In this document: piece by piece, positions 1-12,443 of the stretch | How positions within the stretch are numbered: position 1 is the first letter of the stretch | Layout: every line of letters starts with the position of its first letter | Source of the DNA: Ramazzottius varieornatus | Taxonomy: Eukaryota > Animalia > Tardigrada | Direction of reading: 5' to 3' | DNA: 64,000 nt | NCBI GenBank assembly: GCA_001949185.1 | Contig: BDGG01000002.1 | Location: 5,322,448-5,386,447 of the forward strand | Made by a program: the position numbers and the translations under genes | The notes under the pieces: model-generated | Databases searched by the model: none | The model's input: only the letters and a program-made list of their open reading frames with translations | Told to the model about the DNA's origin: nothing

Positions 1-13
1 GCTGAGATAAAAA

Positions 14-3000
14 ATGCATTCGAACCACGGATTCTGGGTAGGTGTCAGTGTGACCGACGTCGATTCTGAATTAGTTAATTAAGTAACGAATATGGTCGTA
101 CGACATTGTAGGAACCAGATCAGAGACCTGGATTCCCAGCTCAACCCAGTTTTCCAGGTCAGTATGGAAGCAGAGATTTCCAAAATGGACCACCTCAGCC
201 TGCGTTCAGCGCCTTCGGTAGTCGGGATGGAGCTTCTAGTGCGAATTATCCTCCAGAGCCAGTAAATGGAGGATACGGATACCATGACGATAGACGACGG
301 TAAACCAATGTGTAATAGGTGCCTTGATGCATGATTTAGTACCGAGGCATAGCATCATGATGGGATATCTGATTCATAGTTCTGATCGAGACTACCAGGA
401 CGAAGAACAGCGCACACGCCGCCGAAGTCGTAGTAGAGACCGAGACTACCGCCGTTCCCGACTGTCGCCCGGATCAGATTCAGCCCGGGAATGGGATCGT
501 GGTAAACCGCGACACTCATCCAGACGTTCGCCTTCACCACGTAGAGACCGTGACAGTGATTTCCGAGATCATGTAATGACATCATGCTGGCCAAAAGTGC
601 TGATAGAAATTTCTTGAGGATGATGGGTGGAATGGTCGAAGTTCTTCCGCGGCTCCCATATGAATGATATATGATGTTTCGTAACTGTCACACAGGATCG
701 AAATCGCGACAGGAAGCCTGCCCGCGAGGATCCTCCTTCCAAAACTATCATGCTGAGAAATTTGCCTAATGGCTGCTTTGAGGCCGAGGTAGGTCATGTA
801 CGCACTGGCTGAGTTGTCAACCGCCACATTATCCAACTCTTTCTATTTTTTGTGTTGCAGGTGCGATATGCCCTTGGTGAGATTGGCACCTTCGTGGATA
901 TACGAGTTCCCCGAACGCCTGAAGGTTTGTGGAAAAACAGTCCTTGCTGCTTTTTTGCAATGGGTATACGAGTTGTCCGTTTCGGACTCGTGGGCTAGAA
1001 TCGTCACTGTTCACTTCGATTATTTGGTAATTCTGTCCTGACTAGGAAGAGATTGCAATAATACTGCTCGAATAGGTCAGGGTCGAGGATTCGGGTTTGT
1101 GGAATTTGCTGACGTGCAAACCGCCCTTAACTGGATTGACAAAGTCCAGGTACTCTACTATATCCCATCTTCTTCCTGTTGAGGCGTTTCGGTCTGTAAC
1201 TCAGTGTGCTGTCCTGCAGGGAGCAATTATGATGGGCGACCAGCGAGTCGTCGCCCACTTTTGCGAAGATCGGGAGAACCTGAAGCGAGGATCACGAGAC
1301 TCACGCCCGTCTTCCGATGCGCCCCTCGTTCTTCCACTGACTGCCGATTGGGAGTGTTCAAGGGTAAGTAGGAGGTTTGTACTTCCGTCCTTTAATGGCT
1401 GTTGATAATAGGTTTTTCTCGCAGTGCGGCTGTAATAACTTTCGCCACCGATCGACTTGCTTTCGCTGTGAAGCTACGCGACTTGAGGCGGAAATAGTGC
1501 ATATCCCATCGGCTGACGAACAAGTCGGTCTGACACCTTGCAACAGTAAGATGTTTCTCCTGTCTGTTGGCAAGAGAGTGCATTACTTTTGTTTCCGCGA
1601 CGGAAGTTTCATGGACGGTTATCGATTGCAGCACTTCTACTCCGTAATTTGGACCAGACGACTTCAGAAGTTATGGTGACAGAAGCGCTGGCCAGCGTTC
1701 TCAAAGCAGTCATCCCGAAAAGTGTCAAGATCCTAAAAGACCCACGGACGCATATGTCGGTTGGGTACGGATTCGCTCAGTTCAAATCACTGAGTGATGC
1801 AACTGATATGTACAACGCGCTGATGCGAGTAAATCCTCCCCTAACGCTTGACTCTAAACAAGGTACACATGGCACATATTTTCTGAAGTTCGCTGCTTAG
1901 TTGTGCCTGATCTGTACTGACCGCTTTTCTTTAGTCTCTCTATCGTTCGCCAAACTTCCGCTGAGCGAGCTCATGGCGACCTTCGCACAACCCACTAACC
2001 ACGGAGCCAGTCATGGTCAGCGTGGTGGAGGTGGCTCTTATTTTCCTTCCAGCTCGAACCAACCGAGCGAAGCCAACTCGGGTGCCGCAGTAGCCGCACT
2101 CGCCTTACAGCAACTGCACAAGAGTCAGATGTCCGCCAATATCGTCAAACGCCAGATGCAAGGACAGCCACTGGTTCACGAAGCACCCTATCCAGGCTAT
2201 CAGTTTGACCCCAGCAGCGGCCTTTATTATGAGCCCAGTTCGCAGATGTATTATGATCCGAAAACCCAGGTAAAATTTTTCGACAGATCCCTTCTTACTG
2301 AAGACCAGGAGACAATTCTGGTCATTGTAATTTTGTTCATAATTTCTTCAATGCTTGTAGTACTTCTACAACCCGGCCACGCAGCAGTACTTGATGTGGA
2401 ATGCTCAGACAAATTCCTATGTGCAAGTGGTGGGACAGACGTCGCAGCCGGGAAGCAGCATTGCTGTGGAAGATGAAGCTGCTAGCGCGGCAGCTAGAGC
2501 TGCGGAGGAGAAAAATAGGTTAGAAGAGGAGAAACGGAAACAGGCCGAGAAAGTCATCCAGGATATGGAAAGATGGGCGAAACAGCAGAACCAGAAGCAG
2601 ACGCCGGTGCAGAAGCGACCAGCGCCGCCTCCCGAAGTGAGAGTTGGCGCAGTCGCCAGCCTTTTCAAAGATGATGACGGAGATGACGACCAGCCAGAAG
2701 AACAACCGGTTAGTACTGCTCTTTCTGCTTTGGTTAATTTTTAAAAAGCCATTTTCCAAAGATATTGGTCGAAAATTCAGATAATCAAGTAAGCTGTAAC
2801 ACGAGCTTGCATAATAATACTCAATGAATCGGCAAGATGTTCTAGCAAATGCCGCACGTGTGCCACTTGGGAACACAAGGTTGTCGAGTTTGATTGTCGA
2901 GCCTTCGTTTGGAGAACAATATGACATTTTAAAGAACGTGAAGCGCGGAATGTGAACGGAATCGAGCCAGACCAGCCCGGCAAATCGAGAGAGAACGTTT

Positions 3001-4242
3001 AACTCATTCTTGGTTTTCTTCGTCCTAGAAGTTGAACTACAAATCTATCAGCATTCCTCCCAAATCTTCCCATCCGCCGTCCGAGCCGAAGCCTTTCCCC
3101 CATTCTTCGTCCGCGGTAGAAGAGGATGATGAACGGCGTTCTCCTTCACCTCCGGAGAGTGCAGCCTACACAAAGCACAAAGCTGCGGAAGAAGGGCTGA
3201 TCGACTGGGACCGCTTTGCCTGCCTGCTGTGTAAACGCCAACTGCAGTCCAAAGAGCTTCTGCAGAAACACGTGGAGATGTCTGAGCTACATCTGGCATG
3301 TTATTGACAAAAGTGTCCCCCGCACACCACATTGATGACTGTCGGAAAAAAATTGACCATTTCCATGACTGTTTCAGCGCAACCTGGAAGTGTGGAGACG
3401 ACAGCATATGACCGAAGCGGAAATGGAGGAAATGGAGAAACGCGAAAGATATCAGAAGTACCGTGATCGAGCCAAGGAAAGAAGAAACAAATACGGCGAC
3501 ACCGAAACTGCACCACCGCTCAGAATCCGGGGACTAGCCAAAGCTACCAAAGCCGAACAACGAAAACGAGCTGCAGAAGAAATGGAACCTGGGTGAGTTG
3601 ATATTATATTCATATTCATTCCGTTCATATTTATTCTTGAAGTTACTCGTTTTCGAAATTACGAGGTAAAACTAGCGGACTTGTCCATGTGAAATCGCAT
3701 GGCGAATTTGTCCACAGNNNNNNNNNNNNNNNNNNNNNNNNNNNNNNNNNNNNNNNNNNNNNNNNNNATTTCACATGGACAAGTCCGCTAGTTTTACCTC
3801 GTAGCCAAAAAGATAAGACCGATTTTTCCAGCTTGATGTTCTATCAGTTATCACTTCCTTTCGTCCTAGGCCGTCTAACGATGACAATGACGTCGCGCCA
3901 GGTCTCGGAAGTGGTAATGTCGGGGCTAAGCTCATGAAAGCCATGGGATGGTCGGAAGGCAAGGGTCTCGGCAGAGCTGACCAAGGTCGAGTGAACCCTG
4001 TTGAGGTACGTGTCAAACAAACACAGTATAACGAGATAATACCAGCCTGACGAACTGATGTCAACTGAGTGCTCGGTCTGGGCTCTGGGGTTCATAGTCT
4101 TTTTGTTTAGGCTAGTGGACATTCTGGGACCGCTGGCCTTGGTGCGAGTGTAGAAGGTGCCCCTGATATTTTACCGACAGACACTTACGCCAGCAAAGTG
4201 AGAAAAACGATGCGGCAAAAGTTCATTAACATGCAAAGATGA
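14..4242 (+). CDS. RBM5: RNA-binding protein RBM5/RBM10 family (multi-exon; RRM, RanBP2 ZnF, RRM, OCRE, C2H2, G-patch)
   Basis: Spliced ORF pieces give an RS-rich N-terminus, RNP1 RGFGFVEF, ZnF DWECSR|CGCNNFRHRSTCFRC, a second RRM (LLLRNL...GYGFAQF), OCRE YQFDPSSGLYYEPSSQMYYD, MERWAK, C2H2 CLLCKRQ..LQKHVEMSELH, KYRDRAKERR and a G-patch (GAKLMKAMGWSEGKGLG). The ATG at 14 is tentative; TGA at 4240-4242. One intron contains an N gap. Confidence 0.93.
2835..2878. mobile_element. ~75-bp palindromic element family, loop-less degenerate copy (RBM5 intron)
   Basis: gcaaatgccgcac/gtgtgccacttgggaaca. Confidence 0.5.
3718..3767. other. Assembly gap (50 N)
   Basis: Run of n. Confidence 1.
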
Positions 4243-4681
4243 ATGGATTCCGGCTTCAGAACAGACTTGTCTAAATATTTCGCATACTCTCCTGTTTTCT
4301 GTGGTTAAAATGAATCACCTCAGCACTTCCGTGTGGATTTTGATACTTTATTCTTATTGGATTTCCTGACGCCGAGAACGTCTGTCTTTTTAAACACCGC
4401 ATTAAGCTTTACTGTACTTGTAAACGGTTACATAAAATATCAAAAAACTTAACGAAAGGAAACATGTCCAAATTAAACAGCGTGTATAAGTGGGTATAGT
4501 AAAACGTAGAAAATCAGTCACGAAGCTTCGTGAGTAATGCTAGTATTTGGAAGTGGAGAAACACACGGGATGAAAATGTCAGGCATCGGACTGCCGACTG
4601 AGCGGATTTGCAACTCGTGGCACACGCCAAAAACGAAAAGATCTATGTGTGGGAAAGAGGCAGCAGCGAGAGAAGAGAAGG

Positions 4682-7600
4682 CTAGCTCATCGCCAGCCTG
4701 TCAAGCAGGGAATGCGTACTTGCAACTTGGGCGGATGCAGCTTCGGCTTCTTCCGTCACCTGAGTTCGCTGTCTTAGTTCTTGGATCGTCCGATCTAACT
4801 GCTGCAGATCTTCGGTCCTTGAACCAGAAACCTGCAGCAAAACAACACTGGATTTTTACTAACATCTCGTCACACAAAGTGATAGTTCCCAATGATCACA
4901 CAAATGGAATAACTTCTCTGAACTTTTTAGTTTGACTTTGAATGAAACCCTTAGGGAGCTTGGCAAACAAACCCGATCGTTTCCGCAACTGGACCCCAAG
5001 TGATGCACGATTTTACTATTATCGTCTGAAAGAGTGTGCCAGTTGGAAGATTTTGTTGAGTTCGCTGCCCTAGGTCTAACTTACAGCTTTTCAGTTCCTC
5101 CAAAAACCACTTATCTTCGAGAGCACTCAGTTAAGTCACGCACCTCTTTTACGTCGAAAACATGCAACTTTCCGCTGTTATCACCAACAAGAACTTGTTG
5201 CCCGTTTGGTGTCCAAAGTAGGCGGCTGGCCGAAGGCGCTCCTTCTATCGGTACTCGTAGCACCGGAATCTGGAAAGCAAGGGCAACATCACGCATAAGT
5301 CAGCTTAAGCTTGAAGCGCCACCCAAATGTCCAACTGCTGTTGTAGTTACCTCGGTTTCTTGATTGAGGTTCCAGAAGTCCAAGGTCCCTGTTCCGTCGA
5401 CCGTGGCGAAAACGGCGGGATTCACGGGCGACCACTTGACGTCGTACACGTTATCACCAAACGCTTCAAATGAGTATACAGGTTTCCGTTCCTTGATGGA
5501 CCATAGTTTTACGGTCCAATCGTAAGAAGAAGTTAAAAAGAGATGAGAAAACTCTGACGTGTCATGGCTGGGATGATAAGCGACTGAAGTCACTGGACCG
5601 AAATGTCCCTCGTACATATCCACCACACCGGGTTTGCTAAGAGACAAAATCATACATATGAACTGTCTTTTCATACACGATGATCATATCGATGGTACTC
5701 TTTCATACAGTAGGAGTTTGGCAAACAGGGGGGGGGGGGACAAGGTTTATTTCCAAGTGGCGCACGTCTTTCATGTTGTTGCCTACCAGCGTGCGGCACT
5801 TGAAATAACAGTCTTCTTGAGCTTGTTTGCCGAAGTCTCATACATACTGTTGTACTCACTTTCCGTGCCGCTGACCAGCAAACACTACACCTTCCTCGGC
5901 TCCCGCAAGGAAGTTATTCCAATTATCCATTGGAAAAGAAAGACACGTAATGGGAATCTTAGTTTGACCCTTGTTCGTCAGATCTAAGAACTCCTGAGGT
6001 TGCGACAGCATGTCTAAACTCCACGAGCATATCCGCCCATCACTGGATGCCGTCACCAAGTTATGGGCATGTGAAGAGCCCATTATCCTCGAGAAGAAGA
6101 TTGGATGCTACAAGGTAAACAAACCGGATCATTTCACGTATCGATTTCAGCTATGACGGAAGAAAGAAGAATGCGATATAGCCTTACACAGTGCGTCGAT
6201 ACAGCAACTTGACTTTTATTGATAGGCGTTCTTTTGTTGACTCTGTTGTCCCATACCACGATCTGGCCGGAGTATGTACCACCGATGAGCAGGTTTGGAT
6301 GGAAGTCGGCGAACGAGACAGCGGTGAGTGCCGAGTGACATCTGAAGATGTCTTCCGGCGTGGACTTCTTGAACCTCAGATTCCACAGCGACGCTAGACC
6401 TCCGGGTTCCGATGAGTATTCTTCCGGGTTGTGGTACGATGCGATGACCAATTCGGAAAAGTGTGGTGAAATGCCGAGGCAGGAGATACCGCGACCGGAT
6501 GTACTCTTCTCATCGGCGAAGATCCGAAGAGGCTTGACTTTGATGTCATTGCTATCGGTCCTGAAGCAGAAAACTCTACTGGTCAAGAATTCCGTCGGGC
6601 TATACTGACTGCTCAGTCAGGATGTTTACCCTCCGAGAGTGTCGAGATTCTCTCCTTTGTAGTCAACGAAGATATCCGTACCGCTATCCTCCTCGGCAAG
6701 CGCACGTTCGACGACTCGGGAAGCTTTGTCAAAAAACCTCCTGAAATCTTCTGTTAGCATGACTTCCTGCTTTTGTTCCGCGGTCATCTCGGGTACTAAA
6801 GCAGAACAACAAGTTCACAGAACACAATCCAAGTCGCACTAGATTGGAAAAGACTAGGCATCTAGTAAGTACTCACAATGATGTCTATCGTGGTCTTCCT
6901 CCACACTGTGCTGTTGAAGCGCTGTAGCATTATGTCCGACATCGCCTTTCGGGAAATTCTGCAGTGCCCGAATGACACTGCGGTGCGTGTAAACGTCATC
7001 TATCTCTTTTGAAAAGTCATCCGTTGCTTCGCCTTCTCCATACGACAACACTAAAAAAAGAAAACTGTCATCCATTCAGAGTTCCAGTGAGTCACGAAAT
7101 TAATTAAGATTTATGCTACGAACCGACCATGCGAAGCTAAGACGATCGTGATGATCAACGGTTACAACATCAACAACTGAAAGATAGTGCGAAACGGCAT
7201 GCAAACAGGAGAGCAAGCACCAAACACACGACAATCCACAGTAGCACAGTGCCTGTTTTACCTGGGAACTCTTCGTCCCATTCGAAGGATGGACCTTCGA
7301 CGAACAGGGGATCTTGAAAGCAAGAAGAAGGCTAATGACTGAGTGTGTATTAATCATTAGTGAATAAAGAAGTTCAATCAGCAATCCCATATCCCCAGAT
7401 ACAGGTGTCGAAGAGCTCAAGGGAAAGAAAGGAAAGCCACCAAGCACTTCGCAAACCACGAACAGATCGCACAAAGTGCCACCAGTTATCAAGAACGCCA
7501 TACGAGTGGCTAAATGTTTTCCACCATAACCACAACTCACCATAATAGTCATGTATTCCACCTGTAACGGACACTCGGTATCAGTTATCAGTTATCATAC

Positions 7601-8554
7601 AGACTGCGAACGAAAGCGCACTTGCCCAATTCGATACGCACAGGAACATCGTGACATCATAGGAACAAGTTCGTCTCGTAGGCCCTGTGTTAAAGGAGTC
7701 GCACAATGTTTACATATAATGTCACGATGTTCCTGTGCGTATCGAATTGTGCTAGTGCGCTTTCGTTCCAATCTGTATATTACATTAAACATGAAAATAG
7801 CACAAAAACGCACTGGGATGCTCGGTTCTCTCCAACCCGCTCGTCTGCGTTTCCTTGTTATACGCCACAGTTTCCTGTTGCTTGTCCGATGCCAGAACAG
7901 CGACACTTGGGACGTCGAGACCGATCGACAGTTCCGTTCCAACACCGATACTACAAGAGGGCCTTAAACAAACTTCCAGAGAAATCAAGATCCAGGTACA
8001 GACTGGCAACGGCGGATAAATGATACGTACGATGCAACATGACGCTGACTGCTGACGATTCCGTTCGACAATGCGCCATCTTTCTGGACATCACCGTTAG
8101 TGAAGCCTTCTCTCTTCATGTCTTCGTCCAGCCGCTGCTTCGCTGGACCTGTAAGCCGAGAAGACTTCGTTACAGCTAGTCCACTACTGCATCAGCGATG
8201 CGACCGACGGAACCACCCATTGACTTACTTGGCGCCGTACTGATGCCAAGAGATTCAAGCAGTTTGTCGTGGTCTAGATGCCGAAGACTGGATCCATCTC
8301 CCTATCAAGAAAAAAGGAAACCATCGTCACCAACAGCAACAAGACAAACTCCTCCGGGCCTTCCAACAGCATCCTGCGGCCAAGTCAGCCATATGGATGA
8401 GTAGACAGAAGAAAGAATATCAGGGTACGTCAGAATACAACGTTACCTCCGCTTTGGGCGCTGGAGTAGCATTCTTCATCCCCTTCTCAGCCCGCATATC
8501 AGCAAGCTTCTGCTTTTTACGTTCCAGCTCCTCCTTGCGCCTGGCAGCTTCCAT
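4682..8554 (-). CDS. DYNC1I: Cytoplasmic dynein 1 intermediate chain (multi-exon, WD40)
   Basis: N-terminal coiled coil MEAARRKEELERKKQKLADMR, LC8 motif YNKETQT, FDKASRVVERALAE, and WD40 repeats (GGTYSGQIVVWDNR, SSDGRICSWSLDMLSQPQE, GHFGPVT, TSSYDWTVKLWS, VYDVKWSPVNPAVFA). The last exon ends ...LDRLAMS* at 4682. Confidence 0.96.
4971..5052. mobile_element. ~75-bp palindromic element family, degenerate copy (dynein IC intron)
   Basis: acccgatcgtttcc..ccaagtgatgcacg-attttactattatcgtctgaaag-agtgtgccagttggaa. Confidence 0.55.
5743..5813. mobile_element. ~75-bp palindromic element family (dynein IC intron)
   Basis: tttccaagtggcgcacg-loop-cgtgcggcacttgaaa. Confidence 0.7.
7600..7775. mobile_element. 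Tc1/mariner-type MITE (long hairpin) in a dynein IC intron
   Basis: Arms ~7597-7670 and ~7706-7778 include a 31-bp perfect inverted core (caattcgatacgcacaggaacatcgtgacat). Ends are CAG...CTG, flanked by TA on both sides. Confidence 0.7.
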
Positions 8555-9096
8555 GTTAGAACCTTGGGATGACCGAGTGAGCAAATACGTCCGCTTGACG
8601 TACGGTGAGGCGCAGTTGGTCTCGGGTGGCAACGCTGGCAACAGCCTTCTTTCCCAGGCTCCTTGTATAGCACGGGACTCCTTCAATGCAGACTTACTCC
8701 CCAAGAACTAAACTTTGACCATGAGCTATCGAGTCGTTCGCTAAATCTTCCGGAAACTGGTTCAGTTTTTCGAAGCAGCAAAGATTCAGTTCAAAATTTA
8801 ATTCAATTTAATTAGATTCCGCAGTATAACGCACGGCAAGCCTTGTGCATGACTAGCGCGGCGCCAATCACCCAATCAATCGCTTACTAATGAAAAGATG
8901 GAGGAACTCTAACAATGAATCTGGCGAGCCCTCCGTATGTTGAATCATATGAAACAATGAGGTTTGTTTGTTTTGCTATTATTCGTGTCACCAGGGTGTG
9001 ACTAATCCGAGATTCTGTTCCGACTTGTTCTCCTACTTCACGCTACTGTCCTTTGTCTTTGCGGACGAATATTTCTGGTTCTCTTGTACTAACAAG
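8555..9096. promoter_or_regulatory. Bidirectional promoter, dynein IC / STX17
   Basis: Head-to-head start codons ~540 bp apart; tandem CCAAT boxes at ~8864-8876; CCGGAA at ~8750. Confidence 0.55.
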
Positions 9097-10513
9097 ATGG
9101 GCTCCTCTGGAGCGGGTGATCTAAGCACGGACAAGCTGAATCCACTGTACAAAACTAAACGCAAGCAATACGGGATGCTACTGGATCGATTTGAGGAGTA
9201 TTCCGTCAGACCGCATATTGCTTCCCTACACGAACACGGGAAGGAACTGGAACGGGTAAGTGCTTTGAATCTTGGGTCGTGGGTCATAAGTTAGCTAAAC
9301 GAGTGTTTCCACTTAGTAGCTAAAGACGAAGAAAGACCGGAGGAATTTGCTGCAGCGGCGCATGGATGCTTGCAGAACACTCCAACAAGTTCGAGTGGAC
9401 CTGGTCGATCTCAGTCGGATAAAAGAACAAGGCCAATGTCCCGAGGATCAGGAATACTACGATAAGCACGGTGCACCACTACGCGTACAACTCCTTCGGG
9501 CCGCCGCGGACTTCCTAGAGAAGCATCCGGAAGTGAAACGTCCTACTCAGGAGCAAGAAGGCACTTCCGGCTGGCCAGTGCACTTAACAGAACGAGTGTA
9601 AGTTATACGTGTGTATTTTTCTCCCGTAGATATTTTGCTGAACGATGAGGAGAAACATCAGGGATATGCTTTAGCGTGTGACGAGATAGAGCGGGAGAAG
9701 GATCGCTTAGCGGACAAGCAAGACATCCTCCTCAGAGTGGAGACGATTCATACAGTGCGTATACGAGTTTTCCGCGTGTTTATTGGGTTTTATGAACAAT
9801 TGTCGTAGTGTATCTCACAATTGGTACTATTATTCTTTGCAGGATGTGGAGCATGTCGTGGGCTTAATGGAAGATTTCTGGTCGCTGTTGGAATCTCAAG
9901 CGAAGACTGTCAGCGCAATTGATACAAACCTAACAGAAGCTGACGTCTCGGTCGTCGAAGGCTCAGCACAATTACAGCTGGTAAGAATACTTTCTGTGCT
10001 CGTCTGAGACTTTAGACTGCTTCAGCATGTTCTTCCAACCACCCTGTCCCTAACTGTGCTCGACAAATCATGTTTTGTAGGCGGCACGATACAAAACAGC
10101 ATTGTATCCGATTGCAGGAGCATTCATTGGAGGTAAGCCCTCATACTTCAGATATGAGGAGGTCGAAGTCGGAAATCGAAGAAGAAAGTGGATATCTGAT
10201 GGAAATGTCTGGTTCGTAGGAGCGGTTGCTGGCCCTCTTGGTATGTTATCAGGCTTCAAGCTAGCTGGTCTAGCATGTTCAGCAGCCGGACTTTTTATAG
10301 GTAGGTTTTACTTCCATTCGGGAGCCCGAAGAAAAAGCAAATAGCATCCGAAACATAGCACTTCTCATTACAGGTTGGAAAGGCGGAAACGTATGGCGAA
10401 GAAGAGCGCTCATGACAATGCCCCTTGAAACTAGTCCCAAAGATACGGAAGTTGCTCTAACTCCAAGGGAGGGATCACAAATCCCGACAGAGAATAAATT
10501 CAAAACAGAGTAA
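9097..10513 (+). CDS. STX17: Syntaxin-17 (autophagosomal Qa-SNARE)
   Basis: Qa-SNARE motif DVEHVVGLMEDFWSLLESQAKTVSAIDTNLTEADVSVVEG..QLQLAARYK, then two Gly-rich hydrophobic segments (YPIAGAFIGGAVAGPLG..GFKLAGLACSAAGLFIGWKGG) and a tail ending KFKTE*. Confidence 0.9.
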
Positions 10514-10583
10514 ATTTTCTCGCTGTGGTTCCTCTTTATAAGTGTACGAGGTACTCGTGCCCGGTGTTAGTTTCTCAAGAGTG

Positions 10584-12443
10584 TTAGTATGCAGTGAGTG
10601 CTTGCATGACTGCAGCGCCCACGTCCATCATTTGGATGTGTTCATCGGCACCGTCCATTAGACGATGATCGGCGATGGCAATGCGGTCGATGATGGCGGC
10701 CTTCTGAGCATCTGTGATAGTTTGGTTGCACAACACAGTTTCCTGAAGCTGAGCGAACAGTTGACCAGCGCCGTGTCCGGAATAAACGAGATGTTGAGCA
10801 AACTCTTGAACTCTGTCATAGTCGTTGCTTTTGCAAGTGTCCAGGAACGTGGAAATGGTATCATCCGGAATGTACTGTAACGCCAGCATGTTTATTTAGT
10901 GTGGACTGTGGAGAGTCACCTTACATATAATATGGTGGATATGGCATAGGTACTTACTCCTGTCAGCTCCAGAACATCGTTCTGTTTGACTTTTGCGTCG
11001 CTGTTGAGCTTGGAGATACTTTGGAGAAGGGTAATGGCGCGCCGCAAATCTCCGTCAGATGCTCGAATCAGTGCATCGAGAGCCTGTTGGTAAAATAAAA
11101 TGACCAAAGTGATTCTGGAATCGTGGAACGAGAGCGCAAGGATGCTCTCCTCGCCACTAATATAATGAACCGTCTTGGAAGGGAAAACTGGCACACCTAC
11201 TTTGCTTTCAATCTGTACGTTTTCTTTTCCGCCAATTTCTTCCAGGCGTTCCTTGATCACATTGGTTGGGAGAGGTTTGAAGCGGAAGCGGGCGCAGCGA
11301 GATGCCAGCGGTTCGATGATCCTACAAAGTACCATCAGCATTGAAACGGGCAATCTATTTTCAAACTCAGTTATGCTGTCCAACCTGCTGATGTAGTTGC
11401 AAATAAGGCAAAACCGAGTGCTTTTGCTTTCTTTTTCCATAATTCGACGAAGGGCGGCTTGGGCAGCTCCAGTCATAGAGTCCGCTTCGTCCAGAATTAT
11501 GACTTTGAACGGCGGACAGGCTTTTCCACTGCATAGCAGACGTATTTTATCGTGTTAGAACCCAGAACAGATTCGTCAGAAAGGCATACTCGGGCCTAAT
11601 GGACGTGTTGCTGTACTGCGCGAAGGTCTTCACCTTTTCGCGAACCACACTGATACCTCTTTCGTCGGAAGCATTGAGTTCCAGGATCCGTTCTCTCATG
11701 AGATCAGGCCTTGACAGAAATAAAAGCACATGTTAACTGAAAACCATATGCCAGTTGACACGCGAATATTCCACTAGCAGTCAAAATATTACGCTGACTG
11801 ACTGTTAAAAAACAAGACGCGAATGTAACACTAACCAGCCTCACCCGAAAATTTCCCGGCAAACGGCCAATATGGCAGAGGTCTTCCCTGTTCCAGGTGG
11901 TCCATAGAATAGAAAATGTGGAAACTGCAACAATGAGCGAATTCATAATGTTGAATCGCGGACTTCCTACCAATCTCCTGTGAAAATTTCATCGTGTCAT
12001 CAGTAATGTATTTAATTAACCTGTTGCAACTTACATCCTCTCCCTTCAGAGACTTCCGTAAAACCGCTACTACGTCGCTCTGAAATGCGATCTCGCTGAT
12101 GGTCTTCGGTCGACTACAAATCACCATCTCTTAGAAGTACTACTCGGGAACACAGATACCCTGTAGGATCTCCAATGCAAACTACTTACTATTTGTCCAC
12201 CCAGGGAAGATTCTTCTTGACACTTTGGTTGTTGGTACTCTTGGATGCGAAGAAGTTATGAGATGGTACTGGACGTTTCTCCGTTTCGCTCGATGAGGAA
12301 GCTTTTGTTTTGCCAGTGCCTCGACTCGTTGAAGCGTCCCCAGAGTCAGGTTTTGATCCCGTAGTGGAGCTTGCTTTAACTGTGTTAGGTTTCGTGCTGG
12401 CAGCACCGGTAGCTGGCTTGCTTTTTTGCAAATACTTGTCCAT
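10584..12443 (-). CDS. RFC4: Replication factor C subunit 4 (RFC37)
   Basis: [67 protein letters not shown]-terminal DGADEHIQ. Confidence 0.95.
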
